NCBI GenBank assembly: GCA_028711065.1
Contig: JAQTSY010000006.1
Coordinates: forward strand, 213-64,212
DNA from: Minisyncoccota bacterium
GTDB lineage: Bacteria > Patescibacteriota > Minisyncoccia > Phycocordibacterales > JAQTLZ01
DNA: 64,000 nt
Direction of reading: 5' to 3'
Both the position numbers and the translations under genes were made by a program. The notes beneath the pieces are model-generated. The model had not been told where the DNA came from, ran no database searches, and saw nothing but the letters and a program-made list of their open reading frames with translations. This document shows, piece by piece, positions 1 through 8,750 of the stretch (positions are counted from its first letter, which is position 1; each line of letters begins with the position of its first letter).

Positions 1-245
1 CTCCGTGCAGTGAGCATCATGATAGGAGTGTGCACCGAATGAAAGCGAAGCTCGTAGCAAATTTCCATGCCGTCCATCCGGGGGAGCATGATGTCGAGAA
101 TGATGAGTTCGTAGTTTCCTTTGAGTGCTTTTTCGTAGCCGATCTTTCCATCAAGTGCAGTGTCAACAGCGTAGCGCTCTCCTTTGAGTGCCTTTTTTAA
201 AATATCCGATAATTTTTTATCATCCTCAACAATTAGAATGGTCAT
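1..245 (-). CDS. OmpR/PhoB-type response regulator, N-terminal receiver part (runs off window)
   Basis: Manual translation from ATG at 245: MTILIVEDDKKLSDILKKALKGERYAVDTALDG...ELIILDIMLPRMDGMEIC...PIMMLTAR; receiver motifs ED, LD-LP-DG and LTA. Confidence 0.9.
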   Translation of the reverse strand, partial: MTILIVEDDKKLSDILKKALKGERYAVDTALDGKIGYEKALKGNYELIILDIMLPRMDGMEICYELRFHSVHTPIMMLTAR

Positions 246-458
246 AAAGGCATAATAACATGCTTTACTTTTTTTGTTAAGTTTGGATTAAGAAATAAAG
301 AGAGTAAAAATTTCCTGTCGTTTCAAGGGGAAAAGAGGGAAGCGGGGTTGACGCATCTCCTGATGTAATTTCTATTGTTAAATTCAGGTTAAATATGCTT
401 GACTTCATCTGCCATACCAACTAACATTAACTTTATGTTAAATAACACCCTAACCGTT

Positions 459-953
459 ATGACGATCGAGCAAAAAATTACTCAAGCGTACAATAACTAT
501 CAGAAGGGCCTGAGCAGATATTCGTTTTCTAAGATCAGCAATCGCGCGACTGGAGAGGACTTGGTTCAGGATACGTTTATGAAGACATGGACGTATCTTG
601 TGAAAGGAGGACGAGTTGATTCAATGAAAGCATTTCTTTATCACGTGCTCAATAACTTGATCGTTGATCAGTATCGGAAGAAGAAGACATCCTCGCTTGA
701 TGTGCTTCTTGAAAAGGGATATGAACCGAAGTCACCAGAGGGCGAACGCCTCATCAACACTCTTGATGGAAAGTCAGCGTGTCTTCTTATTGAAAAGCTT
801 CCAAAAACATATCAAAAGGTGATGCGAATGAGATACGTTCAAGACCTTTCACTTGCAGAAATGGCATCTGCGACAGGCCAGTCAAAAAATGCTATCGCAG
901 TACAGCTCCACCGAGGACTTGAGAAGCTCAAACTCCTCTATAATCGAACATAG
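459..953 (+). CDS. ECF-type RNA polymerase sigma factor
   Basis: Region 2 EDLVQDTFMKTW...AFLYHVLNNLIVDQYRK and region 4 DLSLAEMASATGQSKNAIAVQLHRG; ATG 459 preferred over TTG 399. Confidence 0.9.
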   Translation: MTIEQKITQAYNNYQKGLSRYSFSKISNRATGEDLVQDTFMKTWTYLVKGGRVDSMKAFLYHVLNNLIVDQYRKKKTSSLDVLLEKGYEPKSPEGERLINTLDGKSACLLIEKLPKTYQKVMRMRYVQDLSLAEMASATGQSKNAIAVQLHRGLEKLKLLYNRT

Positions 954-957
954 ACCC

Positions 958-1527
958 TTATTCTGAAAGGGCTTTTAAAATCTCTTCGCGCCCTTCTTTT
1001 TTCTTGGCAGAACAGGGAATTATCTCAATTCCAGGCATCAGGTTTGAAATGGCTTTCAATTTTCTGCTCCGCTCCTTTTGGTTCAAGAGATCAATTTTGT
1101 TTGCTACCACGACCAAGTCTCTATTGTGTTCACGAAGCAAGCGGAGCATTTCCATATCCATATCGCTTGGGCCGGCTTTTGCGTCCAGAACAAGCACTAT
1201 TTTTCTTTCGAACACTTCAACGTCAAAAAGATACCACTGGATCATCCTTCCCAGTTGATTTCGCATTTCGACGGACTTTTTCGCATAGCCGTAGCCAGGA
1301 AGATCAACGAAATAAAATTCTTTATTAACGAGGAAAAAATTGATCTCGAGCGTTTTACCGGGTGTTTTTCCGGATTTTACGAGATTTTTCCGATTCAGGA
1401 CAAAATTCATAAGGCTCGACTTTCCCACGTTCGAACGGCCTATGAAGGGGATTTGAAGCCGGAGTTCCCCAAGGATCTTATCAGTCCCCCGAATGCCTTT
1501 TTTGAACTCTGCACTCGTAATTTTCAT
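958..1527 (-). CDS. engB: Ribosome biogenesis GTPase YihA/YsxC
   Basis: GRSNVGKSS, KTPGKT, DLPGYGYA and NKID motifs. Confidence 0.95.
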   Translation of the reverse strand: MKITSAEFKKGIRGTDKILGELRLQIPFIGRSNVGKSSLMNFVLNRKNLVKSGKTPGKTLEINFFLVNKEFYFVDLPGYGYAKKSVEMRNQLGRMIQWYLFDVEVFERKIVLVLDAKAGPSDMDMEMLRLLREHNRDLVVVANKIDLLNQKERSRKLKAISNLMPGIEIIPCSAKKKEGREEILKALSE

Positions 1528-1668
1528 TTTTGTATAGTAACCGAAAGCGTGTTTTTTGTCATCATTTTTGCTAGAATGACAAAATGAATCCCGTTCGAAG
1601 CAACAAATATTTACAAACCATGCTTAATTTGAATATTTACCAGATAATCGAAGCTAGCTTCTAACGGG

Positions 1669-2631
1669 ATGAACAAATTTCTTTCTCAATTAGGCAAGAA
1701 AATAAAGCGAAATTGGATTTTGCTTCTTGTTCTTTTGATTTTACTTTGTGGAATTGGTTATGGCGGATTTCGTTTTTCTAAACTCAATAATCAGAAAATT
1801 GCTCTCGAGGAGAAAGTAAAAGGACTTGAGGTCGATCTCAAAGAAACCCAAGATACTTTGGCCCAAATTAAAAATGAAAAAGAGGGTCTTTCAACAACAC
1901 TGAACGGCGTGAAGGAGGAGAACAAAGCTTATTCAGAAAAAGTGAATGATCTTTCGGGAACAGTCGATAAATTAACCGGAACTGTCGATGTGCTCCATAA
2001 GGTTATCGAGACTGACCCGCAGCTTCTCATAAAATATTCAAAAGTATATTTTTTGAGTGAAAATTATGTCCCAACTGGGCTTGCTACCATTACGCCGAAA
2101 TATATTTTCAATAAAGCGTATTCGCTTCAGATTCACGACAAAGTTCAGCCTTTTTTGGAGGATATGCTGAAAGACGCGAATGCGGATAAAATGCCGCTTT
2201 TAGTTGCGTCCGGGTATCGCTCCTTCCAAGTGCAGTCTCAAATTAAGTCGAGATACGCAGTTATTTATGGAGCGGGGACTGCAAATTCATTTTCTGCTGA
2301 TCAGGGATATTCAGAACATCAGCTCGGCACTACGGTGGACCTCACTATACCAAGTATAGGTGGCGGGCTTACTGGGTTTGAAACGACGCAATCGTATCAG
2401 TGGCTTCTCAAGAATGCTTACAAATACGGTTTCATCCTTTCCTATCCGCCAAATAATGCCTATTACATCTACGAGCCGTGGCATTGGAGATTTGTCGGAC
2501 TTGATCTCGCACTTCGTCTTCATGATGAAGGGAAACATTTCTACGATTTGGATCAGCGAGATATCAACCACTATCTCCTCTACATTTTCAATACAAAATT
2601 GACTCCTGATGCCGGCACAACTGTGCAGTAG
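1669..2631 (+). CDS. Membrane-anchored coiled-coil plus M15B (VanY-like) D-Ala-D-Ala carboxypeptidase
   Basis: N-terminal TM, coiled coil, then SGYRS, SEHQLG..VD and YEPWHWRFVG motifs. Confidence 0.9.
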   Translation: MNKFLSQLGKKIKRNWILLLVLLILLCGIGYGGFRFSKLNNQKIALEEKVKGLEVDLKETQDTLAQIKNEKEGLSTTLNGVKEENKAYSEKVNDLSGTVDKLTGTVDVLHKVIETDPQLLIKYSKVYFLSENYVPTGLATITPKYIFNKAYSLQIHDKVQPFLEDMLKDANADKMPLLVASGYRSFQVQSQIKSRYAVIYGAGTANSFSADQGYSEHQLGTTVDLTIPSIGGGLTGFETTQSYQWLLKNAYKYGFILSYPPNNAYYIYEPWHWRFVGLDLALRLHDEGKHFYDLDQRDINHYLLYIFNTKLTPDAGTTVQ

Positions 2632-2634
2632 AGT

Positions 2635-2859
2635 ATGCATGTTCACGTTAAAGTAAAAGCAGGGGCGAAGAGGGAATTAACCGAGAAAATTTCCGACGAC
2701 CATTTCGCTGTTTCTGTGCGCGAAAAGCCGGAGCGAAATATGGCAAATAAAAGAGTTTGTGAAATGATAGCCGAGCATTTCGGCGTTTTGCCCAATAAAA
2801 TAAAAATCATAAGCGGGCATCACTCGCCCTCAAAAATTCTTTCGGTTGTAATTATCTAA
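2635..2859 (+). CDS. DUF167 (YggU/UPF0235) family protein
   Basis: VKVKAGAK...PERNMAN...IISGHHSPSK pattern. Confidence 0.85.
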   Translation: MHVHVKVKAGAKRELTEKISDDHFAVSVREKPERNMANKRVCEMIAEHFGVLPNKIKIISGHHSPSKILSVVII

Positions 2860-2931
2860 CTCCTCGTGCTAGAGTTTGAGTGAAAATTGGTTCTTCATTT
2901 TGGAAAGGGACTCTTGAGAAAGGAGCAAGCC

Positions 2932-3261
2932 GTGAAAGGATTAAATGGTGTTGTGGGGGTTGAAGAATGTCTCTCCAGCGAACCGGCACGTCGAGGTCGC
3001 AGACCAAAGATGGTCAAAATGGAATTCCTCATTATCCCAGAAATTCCTGCACTGGGTTATGGGGTAAAGATGTGCCGGCCATACAATAGCAATGGCCCTT
3101 TCATTCTTTCTCCATGGGGTTCTGTCCTGGATCAGACCTTCCTGAACGTTGCTGGGAGAAAGAGGGAAGTTGTGGTTCCGCGTTCGCTGATTAATTTGCT
3201 GAAGCGGTTCATAAAATCACAACAGGATCTCCAGCAGGAGGCGGAAGCACTTTTCAGATGA
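2932..3261 (+). CDS. Hypothetical protein (solo accessory gene)
   Basis: In-frame GTG 2932 preceded by AAGGAG; fills the gap before the convergent metK. Confidence 0.5.
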   Translation: MKGLNGVVGVEECLSSEPARRGRRPKMVKMEFLIIPEIPALGYGVKMCRPYNSNGPFILSPWGSVLDQTFLNVAGRKREVVVPRSLINLLKRFIKSQQDLQQEAEALFR

Positions 3262-3307
3262 TTTTTCCGCAGGCGCGGAAACTGTCGGCTTTAGAGCTCG
3301 ACAGTTT

Positions 3308-4288
3308 TTATTTGTCCCAGAGAAAATTATTCCCAAAATGCCCGTACTCGGCGGTTTTACGGAATTGGGGTTTGCGAAGCTCTAAATATTTTATGATTGC
3401 GGACGGGCGCAGGTCATACCCCTTTACATTTTCCTGCTTTCCATCAATATCCACTACGGCCATAAGCGGTTCTGCTACGCCGATTGCGTAGGCAATGTGG
3501 ACAAACACTTCCTTTGCTTTTCTTTTTTTCAAATAATCAACAGCGATTTTGCGAGCCATATAAGCGGCGCTTCGGTCTACTTTTGTGGCATCTTTGCCGG
3601 AAAATGCTCCGCCTCCGACAGGAATGTTCGGACCATAATTATCAACCGCTAGTTTTCTACCGGTCAGTCCCGTGTCCGCATGGAATCCTCCGATAGTCCA
3701 TTTGCCGTTTGGATTTTGGAGCCAAATGCTTTTGATGTTCTTTACTTGTTTTGGCAAATATTTCTTGAAGCTCATCACTGTCTGCTCGAGCTTCACGTCT
3801 TTCATATTTCCGCTAGTGCAGAGCGATGTCAGGATTTTTTCAATTTTTCCGTCTTTCACTGTGACCTGTGCTTTGCCATCATGCGCACCCATTGCTTTAC
3901 AAAGTTTTCGTGAAAGTACTACTTCAAGCGGGAGCATTTCAGGAGTTTCGTTTGTTGCATAGCCAACCATGATGCCTTGGTCTCCTGCGCCCTCATTATC
4001 AACACCCTTGCTGATTTCAGGACTTTGCTCGACGACATTCACTACAACCCCAATATCTTCTTTATATCCACAATCTTTGTATACGTTTTTAGCGATATCG
4101 CGGATGTTTACGTATGCTTTAGTAGTGAGCTCTCCGCAGACAGTAATGACCCCGTGCCCGCCCAAGGTCTCAATAGCAACGCGGGACTTTGGGTCCTGCG
4201 CAAGACAAGCATCCAAAATTGCATCTGATATTTGGTCGCAGACTTTATCTGGATGGGATTTCGTCACTGATTCTGCCGTTTTTAACAT
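3308..4288 (-). CDS. metK: S-adenosylmethionine synthetase (compact form)
   Basis: ESVTKSHPDKVCDQISDAILD, GAGDQGIMVGYA, DTGLTGRK, GGGAFSGKDATKVDRSAAY; start ATG 4288. Confidence 0.97.
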   Translation of the reverse strand: MLKTAESVTKSHPDKVCDQISDAILDACLAQDPKSRVAIETLGGHGVITVCGELTTKAYVNIRDIAKNVYKDCGYKEDIGVVVNVVEQSPEISKGVDNEGAGDQGIMVGYATNETPEMLPLEVVLSRKLCKAMGAHDGKAQVTVKDGKIEKILTSLCTSGNMKDVKLEQTVMSFKKYLPKQVKNIKSIWLQNPNGKWTIGGFHADTGLTGRKLAVDNYGPNIPVGGGAFSGKDATKVDRSAAYMARKIAVDYLKKRKAKEVFVHIAYAIGVAEPLMAVVDIDGKQENVKGYDLRPSAIIKYLELRKPQFRKTAEYGHFGNNFLWDK

Positions 4289-4310
4289 CTTAGTTGAAAA
4301 ATTTATAAAT

Positions 4311-4336
4311 AAAATTCTCTCCAAGAGGAGAGTTTT
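4311..4336 (-). terminator. Intrinsic terminator (riboswitch expression platform) upstream of metK
   Basis: Minus strand AAAACTCTCC-TCTT-GGAGAGAATTTT followed by a U-rich run, between aptamer and start codon. Confidence 0.65.
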
Positions 4337-4344
4337 TGGCCGAC

Positions 4345-4465
4345 TTGCCTTATCTCTCCAAAGGGGGATTAACCCTATGGGTCGGAGGGAGCACTAACTC
4401 GATTACTCGAAAGTTGCTGGATGGATCACAAAGCCGATTCTTTCCCCATCACTCTTGATATTGCT
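4345..4465 (-). promoter_or_regulatory. SAM-I-superfamily (S-box) riboswitch
   Basis: Minus strand TATCAAGAG-TGATGG..GAAAGAATCGGCTTTGTGA.CCATC-CAGCAAC..hairpin..GTGCT..TCCGA..P4..GATA. ATCAAGAG, GCAAC, GTGC and GAT landmarks, TCGG/CCGA pseudoknot, located upstream of metK. Confidence 0.88.
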
Positions 4466-4551
4466 TCTTATTTAGTTGTATTTCCAGTGTACTTTTTTGC
4501 TGTAATATTGCAACTGTGTTATCGGCATTTATTTTGTGATAGTATAAACTC

Positions 4552-4932
4552 ATGAGAACAAATATTAAATATACACGTGTTGCAAATACTCCCGATATCG
4601 AAAGACATATCGCGAGCTGTATGCAGACAATTGAAAAATTGATTGATGAAAAAGATGAGAGCGCTTTAGCTCAAGTTGAACTTGCGAAAACCTCTGCGCA
4701 GAAGACGGGGGATGTGTATCGGGCCGAGATAAATATGCACATTGCGGGAGCAGATTTCTTCGCTTTTTCCGAAAAGTCAGATTTCATGAGTGCTCTCGAT
4801 ACTGTCCGGGACGAAATCCTCCGAAAAATGAAGACTCGCAAAGACAAGAGGGTAAGTTTTATGAGGCGAGGAGGCAGAAAAATCAAAGATTATTTGAAAG
4901 GCATTAAAAGCATAATTAGAAGAAGACAATAA
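4552..4932 (+). CDS. hpf: Ribosome hibernation factor HPF/RaiA family
   Basis: NIKYT...TPDIERHI...YRAEINM...DFMSALDTVRDEILR S30AE pattern. Confidence 0.8.
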   Translation: MRTNIKYTRVANTPDIERHIASCMQTIEKLIDEKDESALAQVELAKTSAQKTGDVYRAEINMHIAGADFFAFSEKSDFMSALDTVRDEILRKMKTRKDKRVSFMRRGGRKIKDYLKGIKSIIRRRQ

Positions 4933-4935
4933 AAA

Positions 4936-5673
4936 ATGAGCGATAAATTTAGTCCAATTGGGATAGCGGTTTTTCTTGTGTTATTTGTTGGAATAGGTTT
5001 TCTTTTGTATCGAGGAATTAGTAAAAATCCGAATCCGACACCGAATGTAACAGCGACAGCGACTCCTTCGCCAAGCCAACCCGCTTCTCCTATTACTTCT
5101 CAAAAAACATCAAATACTATGGTAACTCTTAAAACAAGCATGGGCGACATCGTTCTCGAACTTTTCGCAGATAAAGCGCCAAAGACAGTAGATAATTTTA
5201 TCGCTCTCGCCAAAAAAGGATTTTACGATGGCACGAAATTCCATCGAGTCATCAGAGATTTTATGATCCAAGGAGGCGATCCTCTTTCAAAAGGCGATGA
5301 TACGTCTCGTTACGGCACTGGCGGTCCGGGGTATACATTTTCTGATGAGATAAATGCAGAATCTCTCGGTCTTTCCGCTGACGCGATCGCACAACTTGTG
5401 GCTATGGGATATAAATTCCAAACTGACATCACTTCAGTCCATCTCACGCAAGGTATTATTGCCATGGCTAATTCTGGTCCGAATACCAACGGGAGCCAGT
5501 TCTTTATTGTTACCGCGAAAGCAACGCCTTGGCTTGATGGGCATCACACTCCGTTTGGAAAAGTTGTTTCTGGCCTAGATATTGTGCTCGCGATAAGCAA
5601 AGTAAAAACCGGCCCGAATGATTTGCCGGTTACTCCTGTGGTTGTGAATCAGGTTGTGGTGGGGGCGAAGTAG
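4936..5673 (+). CDS. Cyclophilin-type peptidyl-prolyl isomerase with N-terminal membrane anchor
   Basis: [52 protein letters not shown]; N-terminal TM plus P/T linker. Confidence 0.95.
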   Translation: MSDKFSPIGIAVFLVLFVGIGFLLYRGISKNPNPTPNVTATATPSPSQPASPITSQKTSNTMVTLKTSMGDIVLELFADKAPKTVDNFIALAKKGFYDGTKFHRVIRDFMIQGGDPLSKGDDTSRYGTGGPGYTFSDEINAESLGLSADAIAQLVAMGYKFQTDITSVHLTQGIIAMANSGPNTNGSQFFIVTAKATPWLDGHHTPFGKVVSGLDIVLAISKVKTGPNDLPVTPVVVNQVVVGAK

Positions 5674-5842
5674 ATCGTATAACGAACTTTTCAAAAACCC
5701 AGAAAACTGCCCCAGCGGGCAGTTTTCCTTGTGCTGGGCGCCGGCTGCTTTGTGGTATAGTTTTTGCCCGAAGCAAAAATTACACCACAAAGACCATGCC
5801 AGCCTGGCGTGCGCGGGTTTTTGAAAAGTTGTTATTCGATCT
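5672..5842 (+). repeat. Structured intergenic element, family A copy 1
   Basis: Outer IR AGATCGTATAACGAACTTTTCAAAAACCC / GGGTTTTTGAAAAGTTGTTATTCGATCT enclosing two hairpins; core nearly identical to 28116-28271. Confidence 0.9.
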
Positions 5843-5931
5843 TGTGGTGTGTCTGGTGAGTTTTGAAAAAACAGATCTTATCTTTTTCGTGATTTTTGCG
5901 ACAAAAGGAAAGTGTTATAATGCACTTATCT

Positions 5932-7272
5932 ATGAAAAATGTTTTGCCTAAAGTGCTGGGTGTCAACAACTGTGTAGAATTGAAGAATGGCAAAGAAGCG
6001 AGAGTGATCTTGCTCAATAATGCGGCAACAACCCCGCCTTTTGAGGTTACTTTAGAGACGGTAAATAAATTTTTGCAAACATACGGTGCGCTTCATCGCG
6101 GAGCAGGGCCGAATGCCAGTGTTACTTTTCAAAAGGTGCAGGCTGCAGTCAACACTTTGCATAAATTTCTAGGCATGCCCGAAGACCATGCCATGCTTTT
6201 CACCTCAAATGCAAGCGCTGCGATTAATCTTTTTATTCGATTACTGCGACTGAAAAAGAATGACGTGATCATTACCTCAATTATTGAGCATACCTCCAAT
6301 AATTTGCCGTGGAAATATAATACTGAGGCGAGAACTGTTTACATTAACGCTTTCGATGATGGCTCGCTTGATTATGAAGATTTAGAAAAGAAAGTTGCAG
6401 AGAACGCCACGCACTTAAAACTTATCGCGATAACTGGCGCATCAAATCTTACAGGGTATATTCCTGATATTGAAAGGATTTCAAAACTTGCTCATTCATA
6501 TAATGCTCTCTTGTTTATCGATGCGGCCCAGCTTGCACCGCATCGTCCTATTGATATGGGAAAACAAGGTATAGATGCGTTAGCGTTTTCTGCCCATAAA
6601 GTGTATGCACCGTTTGGTCTTGGCGTATTGGCTTTGTCGAAAGATATCCTAAAGACTGATCCGGTCGATCCGGGTGGAGGCTCGATTGATATGATTAGTG
6701 AAACTGATATTGTGTGGGCTCCGCCTATTGCTCGTCATCAGACGGGTACATGGAATGTAACTGGTATAATCGCAGCTGCTGCAAGTTGCAAGATAATAAT
6801 GGAAACTGGTTGGGACACGATTGTCGCGCACGAAAAAGAGCTGGTTCGTTATATGGCACAAGAATTACAAACCGTCCCAAACATCATCTTGTATGTTCCG
6901 CCAGAAAAATATCTTACAGAAGACCGCATTGGAACTTTCGCTTTTAATCTAAAGGGTTATCATCATGCGTTACTTTCGGCAATTTTAGAAAATGAATATG
7001 GTATTGAAACCCGAGCAGGGACAATATGCAATCATCGGCTTGTTCGCCGGTGGTTTCATGTAGACGATGTTGCACAGAAAGAAATCGAAAAGAAAATCGC
7101 TGGTGGCGACAGATTGGCTTCATACGGAATTGTGCGCGCGAGCTTGGCTATTCATAATACAAAAGAGGATATTGATGCCCTTGTTTCTGCACTGAAATTT
7201 ATTGCTGTAAATGGACACAAGCTCAAGTATAAGCCAGTGCCGGTTGAGGAGATTTATGTATGCGAAGAATAA
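5932..7272 (+). CDS. PLP-dependent class V aminotransferase, cysteine desulfurase-like
   Basis: NNAATT, EHTSN, DAAQ, SAHK (PLP Lys), RAGTIC (SufS-like Cys), VRASL; start 5932 or 5920. Confidence 0.88.
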   Translation: MKNVLPKVLGVNNCVELKNGKEARVILLNNAATTPPFEVTLETVNKFLQTYGALHRGAGPNASVTFQKVQAAVNTLHKFLGMPEDHAMLFTSNASAAINLFIRLLRLKKNDVIITSIIEHTSNNLPWKYNTEARTVYINAFDDGSLDYEDLEKKVAENATHLKLIAITGASNLTGYIPDIERISKLAHSYNALLFIDAAQLAPHRPIDMGKQGIDALAFSAHKVYAPFGLGVLALSKDILKTDPVDPGGGSIDMISETDIVWAPPIARHQTGTWNVTGIIAAAASCKIIMETGWDTIVAHEKELVRYMAQELQTVPNIILYVPPEKYLTEDRIGTFAFNLKGYHHALLSAILENEYGIETRAGTICNHRLVRRWFHVDDVAQKEIEKKIAGGDRLASYGIVRASLAIHNTKEDIDALVSALKFIAVNGHKLKYKPVPVEEIYVCEE

Positions 7273-7312
7273 TTTTCCAGCATTATGTAAATTGGAGCCG
7301 ACAGCTTTGGGT

Positions 7313-8167
7313 CTATCTTTGAAACCCTGCTAGAAAATCTTTGTAACTCATCTCCTTTTTTCCTTCGGGAATGATGCGGAGAATTTCGAATTTTCCTTCC
7401 TTGAAAGTCGCTTCTTTGATCACAATACGCATCTTTTTCCCATTTCTTTCCATAAAGAAATATGTCCCGGGCCAGCCGTAATATGCTCTGAATTTTCGAT
7501 AATTTTGTATGGGATCGTCTGCGAGGTCTAGAAGTCCGTCCTCTTTTTTGATCTTTTTGCAGAGCGTTGCCTTGTTATCGTCTTGTTTTTCAAATGAAGC
7601 AGTACCGTCGGCGATCTTTCCCACAGCTTTTACTAAAAGTTTTTTTGCAATCTCGTTGAGGCGATTTCGAAGCTCCGGTGCTGTTTCTTTTTCACCAATG
7701 CGCACTTCTTCTTTTTCGATTACGTCTCCCGCATCAAGCTCATATACCATTTTCTGAATTACGACTCCTGTCATATCGTCACCATTTAAAATCGCTGATT
7801 CTACTGGAGTAGCTCCTCGATATTTTGGGAGAAGCGAATAGTGGACATTTATCATCCCAAGACGGGGGAGTTCCAGAAGTGCTTTAGGCAAGATTTTTCC
7901 GTATGCAACCACAATGCCGAGGTCAATGTCATATTTTTTAAATGCTTCGAGAAATTGCGCATTAATTTTTTCTGGCTGAAAAGCGGGGATATTTTTTTGT
8001 TCCGCCCAAATTTTAGGTGCAGGTTTTTTTACAAGCATCTTTCGTCCCTGCGGTTCATCTTTTCCTGTGACAATAACTTTCGGGAGAAGGTCGGCGCTTT
8101 GAAGCTCTTCGAGAATTGGTAGAACAAGCTCCGGCGTGCCAAAAAATGCAATATTGAGTTTAGGCAT
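7313..8167 (-). CDS. fmt: Methionyl-tRNA formyltransferase
   Basis: FFGTPE, VVAYGKIL, INVHYSLLPKYRGATP, LDAGD motifs. Confidence 0.96.
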   Translation of the reverse strand: MPKLNIAFFGTPELVLPILEELQSADLLPKVIVTGKDEPQGRKMLVKKPAPKIWAEQKNIPAFQPEKINAQFLEAFKKYDIDLGIVVAYGKILPKALLELPRLGMINVHYSLLPKYRGATPVESAILNGDDMTGVVIQKMVYELDAGDVIEKEEVRIGEKETAPELRNRLNEIAKKLLVKAVGKIADGTASFEKQDDNKATLCKKIKKEDGLLDLADDPIQNYRKFRAYYGWPGTYFFMERNGKKMRIVIKEATFKEGKFEILRIIPEGKKEMSYKDFLAGFQR

Positions 8168-8711
8168 TGGAAGTCTCTTTTTTAAGCCGAGAGGGAATTT
8201 TTTCGGGAGGAAGTTCGTGGAGATCCTCCGCGTTGTCTATAAACAGGACTCCGTCTAGGTGATCTGTTTCGTGCTGGAAAATTTGAGCAATCAGGCCACT
8301 TCCTCCTCGTTCAAATTTCTCACCTTTTTCGTCGTATGCTGAAACAGTTGCCTTTGTGGAGCGAACTTTTTTGCCGTACAGCCATCGGACAGAAAGACAG
8401 CCTTCCTCTAATAATTTCTGTTCCTTTGAAAGTTTGGTGATTTTTGGATTGATATACACAAGATTTATTTTTCCTTTTTTACCTTTTTCTTCCGGATACA
8501 GAATGTCATAAATTTTTTCTGTGATGATGAAAACGCGGAGCGACACTCCGATCTGGGGTGCTGCAAGAGCGACGCCATCATCTTGGGACGCGAGCGCTTC
8601 TTTCATGTCTTTAATGACCTTTTTTATTTTGAGGCTCTTAATATCCTTGAGATGCACTTCTTTTGCCTTTTCTCTAAGTACCGGAGCATCCCGTTGCACT
8701 ATCTCTTTCAT
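8160..8711 (-). CDS. def: Peptide deformylase
   Basis: GVALAAPQIG, EGCLS, QHETDHLDG. Confidence 0.97.
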   Translation of the reverse strand: MKEIVQRDAPVLREKAKEVHLKDIKSLKIKKVIKDMKEALASQDDGVALAAPQIGVSLRVFIITEKIYDILYPEEKGKKGKINLVYINPKITKLSKEQKLLEEGCLSVRWLYGKKVRSTKATVSAYDEKGEKFERGGSGLIAQIFQHETDHLDGVLFIDNAEDLHELPPEKIPSRLKKETSNA

Positions 8712-8750
8712 TGCTTCATTTAAACACGAAATAAGCCACTTTTCCAGCTT

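Noticed and set aside
5575-5790. Similar ORFs MWCNFCFGQKLYHKAAGAQHKE at 5575-5790 and 27957-28226
   Set aside because: Both are antisense readings of the family A repeat and overlap real genes (cyclophilin, rpmG).
5700-5815. HDV-like ribozyme resemblance in family A (TTCCTTGTGCTGGGCGCCGGCTG; GGCATGGT on the other strand)
   Set aside because: The P3/P1 nested pseudoknot cannot be formed consistently in all three copies, and the matching words lie on opposite strands.
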